From contig CM052817.1 of the NCBI GenBank assembly GCA_028534125.1, positions 36,210,001-36,274,000 of the forward strand: 64,000 nt of DNA. Reading direction: 5' to 3'. Shown in pieces: positions 53,801-63,616 of the stretch. This DNA comes from Lama glama (Eukaryota). Under the pieces are notes generated by a model. It saw only the letters and a list, made by a program, of their open reading frames with translations. It had not been told where the DNA came from and made no database searches. Every line of letters begins with the position of its first letter. The first letter of the stretch is position 1. Both the position numbers and the translations under genes were made by a program.

Positions 53801-56800
53801 AGGTTGTTAAAAATAAAGCACTTTTATTTCCTAAAATTGCTTTTTCAACTTATTTTCCCAAATCCTGTTCTTGACGTAGAACTAAGAAGAAGCTGAAAGT
53901 GCCTTATGCCTCCTGTACTTGCCACTAGAAATGAGGAAAAAAGTTATATTAAAGCATTAACCAGATGATAATTTTTTTCTCCTTTGTATCTGTGCACAAA
54001 AACACAACTTTCAAAGTAAATTTTCTTGGTTATTTTCTCAGAGTTATGAGTTAGGATATCATTATAAGGGAAAAGGAGGAGAACATGTAACAAATCAGAG
54101 ATGCCAAAGTTTATTACCATCTGGTTCTTGATAATTATTTTACTAAAATGGCCACAGATAACTATTGAGAGGACAAAAGTCATCTTGAATCACACAGAGA
54201 AAAACCATAAGACAAACTGGACACTTGAGAACATACAAACAAGATCACCTCTCCACCGTGGTCTTAAAACCACTGTTGTTGTGTAAATTTTAATTACTTT
54301 CCTCATTCAAAGGTGTAGTGGAACACAGATACTAACACATACTTATGATAAAATATAAACATGGGACTATTTTCTCATTCTTCATTGCAAGTCCAATAAA
54401 CCACAGACGACTTAGATGAAGTACAATCTCAGAATCACATAAAGACCCAAGAAAAAGCATCAATTTTCCACACCTTTGAATTACATATATCCCAAAAGAA
54501 AAAACTGGTCTAGGCCAGTGTCTCTCAACCCTAGCCGCACTCTGGATTTCAGAGCTTTCAAAACCCCATAGGCCAAGTCACACTCTCTAGCAGCAGCAGC
54601 GTTTTTTTGGTTTAAAAAAAACCCTAGGTCAACCTAACCCTACACCAGAAGGAACTAGAACAAACAAAATCCAAATTCAGTAGAAAGAAAAAAAAATCAA
54701 AGATCAGAGCAGAAATAAATGAAACAGAGACAAAAAAAACATTAGGAAAAGATCACCGAAACTAAGAGCTGGTTCTTTGAAAAGATAAACTAAACCGATA
54801 AACCTTTAGCCAGACTAATCAAGAAGAAACAGAGGCCAAAACAATAAAATCAGAAATAGAGGGATGGGTACAGCTCAGACACTAAAACCAGAGCTACCAT
54901 ACACATACACACACACACAAATTAAAGGCCAATATCACTAATTAACACAGATGCAAAAACCTTTGACAAAATATTAGCAAGACAAATTCAACAATACATT
55001 AAAAGGATCATACATCATGATCAAGTAAGACTTATCCCAGGATGCAAGGGTTTTTCAATATCTGCAAATCAATCAGTGTGATGCATCACATTATCAAACT
55101 GAAGAATAAAAACCATATGATCATTTCAATAGATACAGAAAAAACGTTTGACCAAATTCAACATCCATCTATGATAAAAACTCTCCATAAAGTGGGTATA
55201 GAGGGAAGATACCTCAATATAATAAAGGCCATATATGACAAGCCCATAGCTAATATTATACTCAACAGTGAAAAGATGAAAGCATTTCCTCTAAGATCAG
55301 GAGCAAGACAAGGATGCCCACTCTCACCACTTTTATTCAACACAGTATTAGAAGTCCTAGCCACAGCAATCAAACAAGAAAAAGAAATAAAAGGAATTCA
55401 AATTGGAAATGAAAAGTAAAACTGTCATTGTTTGCAGATGACATGATACTATACATAGAAAATCCTAAAGATGCCACTAAAAACTACCTGAACTCATCAG
55501 TGAACTCCAAAAAGCTGCAGGATACAAAATTAACAGAAATCTGTTGCATTTCTACATACTAACAGCAAACTATCAGAAAGAGAAATTCAGAAAATAATCC
55601 CATTTACCATCATATCAAAAAGAATAAAATACCTAGGAATAAATCTAACTAAGGAGGTAAAAGATCTATACTAGGAAAACAATAAGAGACTGATTAAAAA
55701 AATTAAAGGTGACACAAATGGGAACATATACAGTGTCATGGATTGGAAGAATTAATATTGTTTAAATGACCATACTACCCAAGGCAATCTACAGATTCAA
55801 TGCAAGCCCAATCAAAATACTAAAGGCACATTTCACAGAATTTGAACAAATCTAAAATTTGTATGCACACACAAAAGACCCCAAATAGTCAAAATAATCT
55901 TGAGAAAGAAGAACAAAGCCAGAGGTATCATGTGCTTTGATTTCAAACTATTCTACAAAGCTACAGTCTTCCAAACAGTATGAAGCTGTCATTAAAAAAA
56001 AAAAAAAGACAGGATTAATAGTGTAGAATAGAGAGCCCAGAAATGAACCCACATTTATATGGGCAATTAATCTATGATTAAGGAGGCAAGAATATACAAT
56101 GGAGAAAAGACAGCCTCTTCAATAAATGATGTTAGGAAAACTAGACAGCTACATGTAAAAGAATCAAACTGGACTACTCTCTCACACTATGCACAAAAAT
56201 AAATTCAAAATGGATTGAAGACTTAAATATGAGACTTGAAACCATAAAACTTCTGGAAGAAAACAATGGCAGTACTATCTTTGACACTGGTCTTAGTAAT
56301 ATTTTTTGGTATGTCTCCTCAGGCAGGGAAACAAAAGAAAAAATAGACAAATGGAACTACATCAAACTAAAAAGCTTCTGTACAGCAAAGGAGCCACCTA
56401 CTGAATGGGAGAAGATATTTGCAAATGATATATCTAATAAGGTGTTAATAACCAAAATACACAAACTCATAAAACCCAAAGAAAGAAAAAATATCCAACT
56501 TAAAATTGGGCAGAGAAACTGAAAAGACATCTTTCCAAAGAAGACATACAGATGGCCAACAGGCACATGAAAAGATGCTCAGCGTCACTAATCATCAGAG
56601 AAATGCAAATCAAAATCACAACGAGATATGACCTCACACCTGTCAGAATATCCATTATCAGAAAGACAATAACAAGTGTTGGCGAGAATGTGGAAGATGG
56701 AGAACACTTGTGCACTGTTGGTGGGAATGTAAATTGGCACAGCCACTATGGAAAACAGTATCGAGACACTCAAAATACTAAAAATAGAACCACTATATGA

Positions 56801-57913
56801 TCCTGAATTAATTAACCTGAAGAAAACAAAAACACTATTTTGAAGAGATACATGCACTCCTATGTTCATAGTAGCATTATGTACAGAAGCCAAGATACGG
56901 AAGCAACCTAAGTGTCCACCAACGGATGGATAAAGAAGATGTGGTATATATGTATATATAATGGAATATTACTCAGCTGTAATAAAGAATGAAATCTTGC
57001 CCTTTGCAACAATATGGATGAGCCTAAAAGGTATTATGCTAAGTAAAATAAGTCAGACTGAGAAAGACAAATACTGTAAGACCTCACTTATATATGGAAT
57101 CTAAAAAGCAAAACAAATAACAAATACTCAAAAACAAAGAGAGTCATAGATACAGACAATAAACAGAGGATTGCTGGTGGCTGGTGGGGATGGAGAGAAA
57201 CAGATGAGGGAGATTAAGAGGTACAGATTTCCAATTACAAAATAAACAAGTCACAAGTGTGGGGAATACAGTCAATAATTACAAAATATCTTTGTATGGT
57301 GACAAACAGTAACTGGACCTATTGTAGTGCTCATTTTGAAATTATAGAAATATTGAATCATTATGTTGCGTACCAGGAACTAATATAATGTTGGAGGTTA
57401 ACTATACTTCAAAAACAAAATCACTCATAGAAAAAGAGATCATATTTGTGGTTACCAGAGGCAATGGATAAGGGGAAGCGGGAATTGGAGGAAGGTAGTC
57501 AAAGCCACAGATTTTGAGTTTTAAATAAGTACTAAAGACATAATGTACAACCTGATAAATACAACTAACACTGCTGTGTGTGTTATGAAAGTTGTTAAAA
57601 GAGTATATCCTAAGAATTCTCATCACAAGGAAAAAACACTTTTCTATTTCTTTAATTTGGTATCCATATGAGATACTAAATGTCCACTAAACTTATGGTG
57701 GTGACCATTTCATGATGTATTTAATTAAATCAAAGCATTACACTATACAGTGCTGTATGTCAATTACATTTCAATAAAACTGGAAGGAAATAAAATAAAG
57801 CCCACAGGTGATTTCAATGGGCCACCAAGGTCGAGGATAACTGTTCCAGGAAAAGAGGATAATGTCACTTTAGCAGGTTTTGAGTCAGGCAAGTTGGCAG
57901 GCAGGCAGACACA

Positions 57914-57947
<34 letters not shown>

Positions 57948-60900
57948 TCAACCACACTCCTTCAGTCCTAACCAGGGAACAATAGGAAAAGAAGAGGAGA
58001 GGCTATGGTTTGCACTCAATAAATTGTCAAGACCTAGAATCAAATGCAGCTGAGTATCCAAATAGCGTGCCTCCCCTCTTCTTCCACCTCCGGCCTGGCA
58101 TGAATGAATGAATCTGAGTTTTACAAAAATGGAGCCTGTCACACACAGATGCTTTTTTTTGGGGTCTTTAAGAGATTCTTCAAGTGTCATGGTAACAGAT
58201 TAAACAAATATTTTGATCCAACTCTGTATCTAAACACAAATGCTTAATAGCTTAAGTATAGAGGTTTCAGCTTTTAAAAGATAGAGCAATACTTTCCTAA
58301 GTCATATTCTTTCTTCTCTGTATCTTACATTTTAATGCAAGTCACTCTTACCAGTTGTTTAAACTTGAACCTGCCCTGTTTCTTCAACAACATGTCACTT
58401 AACTTCCTTTTCATCAGTTTTGTTCACCAGTCCTGACAGTGTTAATTACAATAAATTTAAAATCCAACTACATGTATCAGATACCATATTTGCAAAAGGA
58501 ATGAACTAAATTTTATGTTGAATTTCACAGGAAATTTATAGTTGGTTCATCAAGCCAGTTTCTTAGGGAAATGAATACTTCAAACTCTACTACTTGTGGA
58601 CACAAAGTTATTACCCTGCAGAGATTCGGTGCTTTTTATATTTCGCTTTATTGGCATCTTGAAGAAACAAAGAATAGTCTCAGCTTTTCTCAAGGTTTCT
58701 CTGTGAAGCACTGAGGCTGGGCCTAAAATAGGTGTAAAGCAACAGTTCCAAATCACCCCAGATGGTTGCACTGAACAGAACCTTCTCCTGGTTCCTGATC
58801 TGGAAAGTATCTCACTGTCAGTTTCAGCTGTCCAACCTGCAGCCTCGGGCTCCATCACCTTTTCCACCAAAATCATAGAATGATACTGACTAGAAAGCAA
58901 GAACACTGTATATTTAAAGAAGGCAAAGTATCAGAGTAATGGGAGAGTTTCCAGCACTGAAAGGGCCCCTTGTGTCCACAGACCCTCATTTTCTTCCCAA
59001 CCTATTCTAATTCTTCTGTCTTCGCCAATGCCCCTTGCCTGCTCCTCCAGGGGAGGATGAGGATGAATGCACTACATATGGTTGGTCCTCCCTAAGTGCT
59101 TGTTGAATAAAAGTTGGGGAGAGGGGGAGGAGAGGAAACACAAGAGCAGGGGACTGGGTGGCAGAAGGGGAGGCAGAAGACAAATCTGAGGTGCTAATTT
59201 CAGACTGATTCCTCTCATCCAGGAAGGGAGGAGTAAATTAAAGCTCTGTCACAGATACCTGGCCCACATTCTCTTCCACCTTCGACCCTGAAAGACACTG
59301 GAACATCATTCCTGATTTACCCACCACAGTGGTGCAGGAGACAATCTGAGGGAAATTTCAGCATGCTGCTATGAGCAGATGATAAATAATAAAGGATATC
59401 TGAATAGCACGGCATCTCATATTTAGGATATACTCAGTTACATCAGAAGAGCCCAGCAAGTTCTTAAATACCTAGCATTTATTGCTACTTAATGGGAAAG
59501 GAAAGAATGGAAAGTCAAATAATCCCAAAGTAAGTAAGTAATGCCTCCTTAAGTCTCTTTTGGGACAAATACAGATATAAGTAAGTCATTTAAAATTATA
59601 AATTAGAACTCTGTGATTAAAATACCAAGAAAATTATTGGCACTTCAAGGGAATAAAATGGAGAGAACCTCAGGTTTAATTGGCTTATTTTAATAAGATA
59701 AAATTGGTGGAAACAAAGAGTAACATTGCTCTCATGTAATTAAATAAATTAAAATAAATATTGGTTCACCATTATTCCACCCCCAAAATAATAGTCAAAA
59801 GAAAATTTTACCTCATATTTGGAGCAAAGTACAAAAGTTTGGTCTCCTCCAGAGAAAATCTGCTTAACAATGTGATATTTAAAGCGATCTGTCAAAAAAA
59901 TTTTCAAGAGCATATTTTTCAACAATTAAAGTTTTTCCTTGATCCCCTTTCTTAATATTCCAAAATATACTTCAGAGTGGTTTCCTATCCATTTAATTAT
60001 TTCAGAGAAGTCAGAAACCTTCTTTCCTGGCTCTCTTCCCAGGACTGTTTCTACTTCAATTAAAACTAAATATATAACATGGTACCTTCCACTCCAACCC
60101 TCCCTCCCTCCCTCCCCCGACTGCCAGCTAGTCCTGGCCTTGTTCCTATTTTTCATTCTAACTCTACCACACCATGCCACTGACCTGGAATTTAAAACAG
60201 TCACTACTATAAACCGGAACATACGCTAAGAAATCATCCAGCATCTGAGTGTGGTGGTCCTTAGCCCCTTCAGGATGAAGCCTGCCACAGAAGGACCTCC
60301 ATGTCACACTCCCTGTCCGATTCCATCACACCGTGTCCGTGGTGACACTCTCACACCGCTTTCATTTCTAATACACCATACCATCCTTACGTCCAAGCCT
60401 TTTCCATCCACCAACCCCAGTGCACACTGTATTCTCTGTGAATGGTGCCTCCTAGAGCATAACTGGGAAGGTGCTCCTGGAACTGAGCAATTCCATGGTA
60501 CTCACCACTGCCCACTCCCTCATAGTCCTCTACCTGGCTAACTCCAAATCATCCTTTCAGACACAGCTCAAACTTCCTCTAAACGGAATACTCCTTGATG
60601 CCTTCCTCTGTGCTCCCACATTACCAAGAAGGTTCCTAAAACCACAGCATTTACATAATAAATTGAAATTTACCTGCTTAAGGTATAAAATCACATTGAC
60701 AAACATCCAAGCACAAATCTATGATCACATCAGTTATGCTGTAATTAAACTTCAAAAATTTATAGTTTCAAATTAAGCTGTAAAATACCTGAGCTTTTTA
60801 ATTGGTGTACTTCTTAAACATACACATTCCTAACATGAGTACAATGCCTTGGAGAAAAAGAAATTTACAAATAGACAAGAGAACACCAAGCTATTCTTTC

Positions 60901-62811
60901 ATTTTGTGGAACATCAGCAAAACAAAATCTTGTTTATTTTATATTTCAAGTTCCACTACATTTTAGATGCTTATTTGTTCATTATAAATATTTACTGAGT
61001 GAGAAGTTTGTGTCTGGTCCTGTGCTATATGCCAGGTTTATAAAGAGAAAAAGATTCAATCCCTTTACTTAAGTTTATAATCCAGAGATATGGATAATTG
61101 TTATTGTTAAAACAAAATTCTGATCAAGCCGTAAGTGTGTCACTCTATGGTCTTCAAAATCAAAATTAATTATTAAATCACACTTCTTTTTAATGACTCT
61201 ACCGCTCCATTTTAGCCTCTGGATTTATTATGTCAAGTTACTCTTACTGAATGACTGCCTTATTTTGATTTCCAATGAAGTGAACACTGTGCTATTTAAC
61301 TGTTTTTTTTAAGAGAAAAAAAGCAGCATGGAAAGAAATCATGTCATGTTGTGACCAAAACAGCAATGCACAAGCATTAAGAGCACAAGCTTGAGACTCA
61401 CGGATACAGAGAACAAACCAGTGGTTACCGTGAGATACAAACTACTGGGGTGAGGTAGGCTACAAAGATGTATTTACAACAATGGAGAATATAACTAATA
61501 TTTTGTAATAACTGTAAATGGAGTGTGACCTTTAAAAATTATATAAAATAGTTTTAATTTAAAAAAAAAAAAAGAGCGTAAGTTTTAAAATGAGGCAGAC
61601 CTGGGTTTAAATCCTGGCCCCAGAATCTGTATCATCTTGGGCAAGTTAACCTCCTTAAGACTCAATTTCCTCATCTCCAAAATAGAGATAATAACCATTA
61701 GTTCTTAAGGTTGTTCTCAGTGCTTAGCATAATACTGGAACTTAGTTAAGCACTGAATAAACATTGACTCATTATCAGCAATAATAATAATAAATAAAAT
61801 GCATACACCACTATCAAGGTCATTAGGGCCAAAATTACATTTTTTGCTTTATTCTCTAGGATCTCAACTACAGAGTCTCGTGCAGAGTAAATACTCCCAT
61901 AATTTTTTATTGATGTTAAAAGAAAATATCTCATTCATTCCCTCCAAAAGACCTCAAGGTAAAAAATACATGTTCTATAAACAATTGTTTGTAGCACTTA
62001 AAATATCATTAAATTCCAATGAAAATCACTCTTACCAGCCCTGGCTGAAAGCTGGCCACTATGGGCAGCCCAGTAACCTTTCACGGGAGATGGGCACTTG
62101 ACATTACAAGTGTGTCCAGTTCCTAATTGACCTCTCGCTCCACAACCAAATGCATAGATGAGTCCAGAAGAAGGCACGAAGGCTAGGGTATGTTGTCTGG
62201 GGAAAAATTATGTAAGTTAACTCATCAGCATCATTTCTACTGACATGAACGAATATACACCCTGGCTATTTCTGAGTAGAACCCCATCCTTCTCTGACAC
62301 CCTAGTTCACCAGTGGGATGGCGAGACTGGAAAAGAGCTGAAGGGACTGCTGCATTTGGGGTGTGTGGGAAGAAGCAGCGTGGACCAGTAAAATTTCCCA
62401 GAAGTGCTTTGAGGCGCTTTCACTTTCCTTTGCACGTCTCCCCAACATCGTGCTACTCTTTATCCCCAAACAGGCGTACCAGCCCCATGTTACTCTGCTT
62501 CTCTAAAACCCTTCCTTGCCACACCCTGCTCAGATCTGACTCTCCAAACCTTCGCCGTAGGTGCACATGCAATTGGGATGTCTTAAAATGATGGTGGTTG
62601 CGTCTAACCGCATTCTCTGTCACTGCAAAGATCCCTTTCTGGGTCTCAGTAGATACGAGGAAGCTCTTAGGAGCACTCACCTGCCACAAGCAATCTGCGT
62701 TACTTCACTGCCCATCAGCTCCAGAACTCTTCTCGGATTAACCTCATCATTCATGGAGTCGTGTCCAAGCTGCCCACAGGAACCAGCACCAAAGGTAAAC
62801 ACACCTCCACT
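1222..62811 (-). CDS. HERC3: HERC3 (RCC1-like domain + HECT E3 ubiquitin ligase), partial spliced CDS, 18 internal exons; both gene ends outside the window
   Basis: Exons join in frame (2167 nt) with GT-AG sites and matching phases. Translation ([18 protein letters not shown]...[19 protein letters not shown]...[23 protein letters not shown]) matches HERC3 as recalled, and nested NAP1L5 agrees with known synteny. Confidence 0.97.
1407..1672 (+). mobile_element. tRNA-derived camelid-type SINE head fused to an L1 3' tail
   Basis: A box tagcttagcggtagagc and B box ggttcaatccc, then A15, an artiodactyl-type L1 3' end and poly(A). Confidence 0.8.
1811..1994 (-). CDS. HERC3: HERC3 exon (HECT), 184 nt
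   Basis: ggcag|GCAGGAA...GAAGAG|gtaagc; [33 protein letters not shown]...WEELEE. Confidence 0.96.
3005..3190 (+). mobile_element. MIR SINE fragment
   Basis: cttgggcaagttattt...ctgtgcctca...catctataaaatgggg core. Confidence 0.7.
3600..4232 (+). mobile_element. Probable solo LTR (ERV class), boundaries uncertain
   Basis: LTR-like organisation: aataaaagcagaacc (TATA-like), CT-rich R region, AATAAA ~4119, CA terminus. Confidence 0.45.
5293..5924 (+). mobile_element. Solo LTR nested in the provirus leader
   Basis: Inverted termini TGAGACAGGA...TCCTGCCTCA, perfect 4-bp TSD AAGA (5289-5292 and 5925-5928), AATAAA ~5775. Confidence 0.88.
7630..9250 (+). pseudogene. Retroviral integrase C-terminus and env remnants (stops and frameshifts)
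   Basis: [10 protein letters not shown]...[10 protein letters not shown] ~7645-7730; env signal [18 protein letters not shown] at 7917; [23 protein letters not shown] ~8520-8600; degraded immunosuppressive domain VLQN...GCCILMPD ~8860-8960. Confidence 0.75.
10024..10436 (+). mobile_element. MLT2-like (ERVL) LTR
   Basis: tgcgatggttaattttatgtatcaa... start and ...ggttctgtttggagaactctaagaca end, typical of MLT2. Confidence 0.75.
10437..11765 (+). mobile_element. MaLR-type internal sequence (degraded)
   Basis: ttgggtaacaggaagtgggg...ggcagagaacctggctgaa; the decayed [15 protein letters not shown]...[17 protein letters not shown] (10750-10974) is MaLR-internal-like. Confidence 0.75.
11772..12218 (-). 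mobile_element. MLT2-like LTR, reverse orientation, containing a (TG)n/(CA)n microsatellite
   Basis: tattagtctggattatccagagaaacaga...aaggctcacaagtcccaagatct...gaagggcaatctgctttactcag is the reverse complement of MLT2. Confidence 0.75.
11836..11883. repeat. (TG)~16-TA-(CA)~6 microsatellite
   Basis: Direct reading of the sequence. Confidence 0.95.
12219..13080 (+). mobile_element. Younger 5'-truncated L1 (ORF2 C-terminus + 3'UTR)
   Basis: ORF 12245-12562 [12 protein letters not shown]...[14 protein letters not shown] matches the L1 ORF2 C-terminus; ends in AATAAA. Confidence 0.9.
13110..14490 (+). mobile_element. Old L1 (L1MB/MC-like) ORF2/3' fragment
   Basis: YYKASVIK...[17 protein letters not shown]; gacccagcgattccacttctaggtatttacccaagagaaatgaaaac. 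Confidence 0.85.
16190..16830 (+). promoter_or_regulatory. NAP1L5 CpG-island promoter, probable maternally methylated germline DMR
   Basis: By far the densest CpG cluster in the window. GC box GGGCGGGGC ~16426, CRE-like elements at 16309, 16440 and 16458, ETS-like TTCCGGAA ~16208, clustered TGCCGC motifs. DMR status comes from the mouse/human orthologues, not from the sequence. Confidence 0.85.
16562..17146 (+). CDS. NAP1L5: Nucleosome assembly protein 1-like 5, intronless retrogene, 194 aa, antisense within a HERC3 intron
   Basis: ATG in strong Kozak context (AACATGG). [14 protein letters not shown]...[59 protein letters not shown] is a truncated NAP helix, followed by an acidic tail. Single exon. 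Confidence 0.97.
   Translation: MADSENQGPAEPSQAAAAAAAAAEAAAAAEEVMAESGAQGGDSDSAAGDSDGAAGQTAEEPQTPAENAPKPRNDFIESLPNSVKCRVLALKKLQKRCDKIEAKFDKEFQALEKKYNDIYKPLLAKIQELTGEMEGCAWTLEGEEDEDDDEEYEDEEEGEEEEEEEEEPAAEAAAEAAAAAKDEGPHSAAPDDAK
17147..18455 (+). other. NAP1L5: NAP1L5 3' UTR with AATAAA at 18435-18440
   Basis: Repeat-free AU-rich stretch after the stop, ending with AATAAA and an A-rich tract (caaaaaacaaaa) before a MIR begins. Confidence 0.7.
18470..18690 (+). mobile_element. MIR SINE
   Basis: aaatcccagctctgc...ggggcaa...ctcagtttc...gtgctcaagaaa...tattattatt. Confidence 0.7.
19250..22000 (+). mobile_element. Highly decayed L1ME-like fragments interrupted by later insertions
   Basis: A-rich L1 ORF2/3' motifs (gtcaattcttcccaaatta, aaactgggaataaaatctgca, attctcatatactgatg); interrupted at about 20086-20609 and 20680-21400. 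Confidence 0.55.
20086..20609 (-). pseudogene. 5'-truncated retrocopy of an unidentified mRNA 3' UTR
   Basis: 16-bp TSD AAAATCATTTAGTCTT (20070-20085 and 20610-20625); short poly(A) remnant and AATAAA (20105-20110) on the minus strand. Confidence 0.7.
22110..22315 (+). mobile_element. MIR SINE
   Basis: ttcgaatcctggg...ctgtgtaaccttgaacaagtgac...tgcctcatttctttatctgtaaagtgggg. Confidence 0.75.
23935..24364 (+). mobile_element. Solo LTR with 5-bp TSD (ERVL-like)
   Basis: TG...CA ends; TSD GTCAG at 23930-23934 and 24365-24369. Confidence 0.75.
26452..26710 (+). mobile_element. Short L1 3' tail insertion
   Basis: aaactagtgaatacaacagaaaagaagcagactcacag...; degenerate TSD aaggcgtctctcct / aagacacctctcct. 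Confidence 0.8.
26740..27990. mobile_element. L2 and MIR fragments
   Basis: caacatgtcaaaatcaac-type L2 motifs; gtgccaggcactctgctg; cccccattttacagatgagaaactgag (MIR). Confidence 0.6.
28141..28223 (-). CDS. HERC3: HERC3 exon (HECT), 83 nt; precedes the NAP1L5-containing intron
   Basis: atatag|ATTTGT...AACAG|gttagt; [27 protein letters not shown]. Confidence 0.95.
28598..29207 (+). mobile_element. 5'-truncated L1 3' end
   Basis: tatgacccaccaattccactcctgag...gcaacctaagtgcccatcaacagatgaa; TSD aagacactatgacta / aagacactgtgacta. Confidence 0.88.
29534..29600 (-). CDS. HERC3: HERC3 exon (HECT), 67 nt
   Basis: gattag|GAGTCTT...TTTACG|gtaagg; [22 protein letters not shown]. Confidence 0.95.
30725..31318 (+). 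mobile_element. L1MB-like 3' end
   Basis: gagctaccatctgacc...actcacccaagagaaatgaaaac...ggtgatgaaaatattctaaaattg. Confidence 0.8.
31325..32185 (+). mobile_element. MER21-like LTR
   Basis: TG...CA ends; ggagcttccaggttggtgagcacatccac, ccctgaattctgtgagctgctctag and gtgggagcagtcttgtggga motifs. Confidence 0.7.
32428..32594 (-). CDS. HERC3: HERC3 exon (HECT), 167 nt
   Basis: gacag|TGTTTT...GGAAG|gtacaa; [38 protein letters not shown]...LSPTEG. Confidence 0.96.
32834..33012. mobile_element. MER3/MER33-like hAT-Charlie MITE
   Basis: caatgttgtccaacagaact...gatggaaacattcta...ggcagccaccagctacatg...ggacagtgcag. Confidence 0.65.
33520..33663 (-). CDS. HERC3: HERC3 exon (HECT N-lobe), 144 nt
   Basis: tttaag|GTCATT...GATACG|gtaagt; [34 protein letters not shown]...WFSDT. 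Confidence 0.96.
35250..35437 (+). mobile_element. tRNA-derived camelid-type SINE with (ACAG/ATAG/ACAT)n tail
   Basis: gggggagggtacagctcagtggt...gaggtcctgggttcaatcc; flanked by a near-repeat cctaggaagg / cataggaagg. Confidence 0.8.
35477..35647 (-). CDS. HERC3: HERC3 exon (start of HECT region), 171 nt
   Basis: ttccag|GTGGCG...CTCAAA|gtgcgc; [12 protein letters not shown]...[18 protein letters not shown]...DLKKPLK. Confidence 0.94.
36388..36642. mobile_element. MER58-like DNA transposon
   Basis: TIRs cagggtctggcaaac ... cttgccgacccc; cagcccacagccaaatccagcc. Confidence 0.75.
36833..36922 (-). CDS. HERC3: HERC3 exon, 90 nt
   Basis: ttccag|GATGCT...ATGCAG|gtaacc; [30 protein letters not shown]. 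Confidence 0.95.
37016..37039 (-). CDS. HERC3: HERC3 24-nt microexon (KARPSIIQ)
   Basis: ttctttacacag|AAGGCTAGACCATCTATAATACAG|gtaaat; phase 0-0; the peptide is present in HERC3 as recalled. Confidence 0.9.
37590..38070 (+). mobile_element. Internally deleted Tigger1-like element
   Basis: 5' end caggcacatcttgctttactgcgtttc and 3' end ggaaccaaacccacaatat...ctccgagatatgcct. Confidence 0.75.
39380..39730. mobile_element. Tigger3/MER2-group DNA transposon
   Basis: cagtcggccctc ... gtgcttaggttatatgcaaata ... ggaaccaatccc...atactgaggga. Confidence 0.7.
41580..44058 (+). mobile_element. Two L1 (L1MA-like) 3' fragments, 41580-42115 and 42150-44058
   Basis: ORF 42126-42641 ([11 protein letters not shown]...[12 protein letters not shown]) is L1 ORF2; L1 3'UTR motifs follow. 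Confidence 0.88.
43055..43535 (+). mobile_element. ERV1-type solo LTR inserted into the L1
   Basis: TGTAACC...GGTAACA, TTTAAAA box and AATAAA ~43443, TSD ctct/ctca; the L1 motif tactcag-cataaaaaagaat resumes after it. Confidence 0.82.
45480..45710 (-). mobile_element. L1 3' end fragment
   Basis: ctccagaactttttcatcctgcgaaactgaaactctatacccattaaac is a reverse L1MA/MB 3'UTR. Confidence 0.75.
45970..46083 (-). CDS. HERC3: HERC3 exon, 114 nt
   Basis: atcag|GTAAAT...GGCATG|gtaaga; [38 protein letters not shown]. Confidence 0.95.
46215..46378 (-). CDS. HERC3: HERC3 exon, 164 nt
   Basis: ctaaag|ATAACTGG...TACAAG|gtgagc; [20 protein letters not shown]...LLEKLYK. Confidence 0.95.
48193..48382 (-). 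CDS. HERC3: HERC3 exon, 190 nt
   Basis: tacag|ATCCTG...TTAG|gtgaat; [27 protein letters not shown]...NPSKVL. Confidence 0.95.
48771..48882 (-). CDS. HERC3: HERC3 exon, 112 nt
   Basis: gtttag|AATTGAT...GAGCAG|gtaggt; [37 protein letters not shown]. Confidence 0.95.
50125..50320. mobile_element. MER20-like DNA transposon
   Basis: caaggtttctcagcctt...acaaccaaaaatgtcaccaggcattg...ggttgagaatcactg. Confidence 0.75.
51218..51277 (-). CDS. HERC3: HERC3 exon, 60 nt
   Basis: gcag|TGGTGTT...GAAAAAAA|gtaagt; [19 protein letters not shown]. Confidence 0.93.
52905..53029 (-). CDS. HERC3: HERC3 exon, 125 nt
   Basis: ttcag|AATTCT...ATCAA|gtacgt; [41 protein letters not shown] (inside ORF 52853-53077). 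Confidence 0.95.
54628..57795 (+). mobile_element. Degraded L1: ORF2 RT to C-terminus with an internal deletion, plus 3'UTR segments
   Basis: ORF 55042-55419 NHMIISID...[14 protein letters not shown] (RT), ttgtttgcagatgacatg (FADD), then many stops. Confidence 0.92.
57916..57944. repeat. (CA)n microsatellite
   Basis: Direct reading of the sequence. Confidence 0.9.
59812..59888 (-). CDS. HERC3: HERC3 exon, 77 nt
   Basis: gacag|ATCGC...TATGAG|gtaaaa; [25 protein letters not shown]. Confidence 0.95.
61392..61790 (+). mobile_element. L1 3' tail (61392-61573) inserted in a MIR (to ~61790)
   Basis: TSD-like aagagcacaag / aagagcgtaag; MIR core cagacctgggtttaaatcctggc...ttgggcaagtta. Confidence 0.72.
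62036..62196 (-). CDS. HERC3: HERC3 exon (RCC1-like repeat), 161 nt
   Basis: cccag|ACAACAT...GCTG|gtaaga; [53 protein letters not shown]. Confidence 0.95.
62681..62811 (-). CDS. HERC3: HERC3 exon (RCC1-like repeat), 131 nt
   Basis: ttgttag|AGTGGA...TGTGGCAG|gtgagt; [43 protein letters not shown]. Confidence 0.95.
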
Positions 62812-63151
62812 CTAACAAAGAACAAATACCACATGACTGCACTGTACCTCTGAGTTTGGGTACACTCCTCCGAAACCCTCCATATACAAAATTTATATCA
62901 CCACTACACTCACCTGATACTTAGCCAAATCACTCCTTTGGAATGTTTGTTAAATAAAAAAATAACAGAAAAGAACTGAAGGCTACATCTTTGTGGAACA
63001 AAGACAGTTCAAGGGGATGTATGCCATCTATAAATGCTGAAAATTATTTAAAAACACAGTGATGTGTTAAGAAGCAACACAAAAAAAAGGAGAAAAAGAT
63101 AGGTGAAATGAGATTAATTTTTCATGATCATTCATACATAGGAAACTAAAT

Positions 63152-63616
63152 TTTTAAAAAAAGCATAAATACATAACATAGACTCATAGACATAGAATAC
63201 AGACTTGTGGTTGCTAAGGGGGTGGGGGTGGGAAAAGATAAGACTGGGATTTCAAAATTGTAGAATAGATAAACAAGATTATACTGTATAGTACAGGGAA
63301 ATATACACAAAACGTTATGGTAGCTCACAGAGAAAAAAATGTGACAATGAGTGTGTATATGTCCATGTATGACTGAAAAACTGTGCTGAACACTGGAATT
63401 TGACATAACATTGTAAAATGATTATAAATCAATAAAAAAGTTTAAAAAAAAGAAAAAAGAAAAGAAAAAAGATCTTATGGTAGCTCACAGAGAAAGGAAT
63501 GTGACAATGAATATATATATGTTCATGTATAATTAAAAAATTGTGCTCTACACTGGAATTTGACACAACATTGTAAAATGATTATAAATCAATAAAAAAT
63601 GTTAAAAAAAAAAAAA
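63152..63616 (+). mobile_element. Lineage-specific L1 3' end with a duplicated terminal segment
   Basis: TSD gaaactaaat on both sides; two copies of ttatggtagctcacagagaaa...aatcaataaaaaa, each with an A-tail. Confidence 0.8.

Noticed and set aside
54628..57410. Potentially active L1
   Set aside because: 5'-truncated, internally deleted, and ORF2 is broken by many stops.
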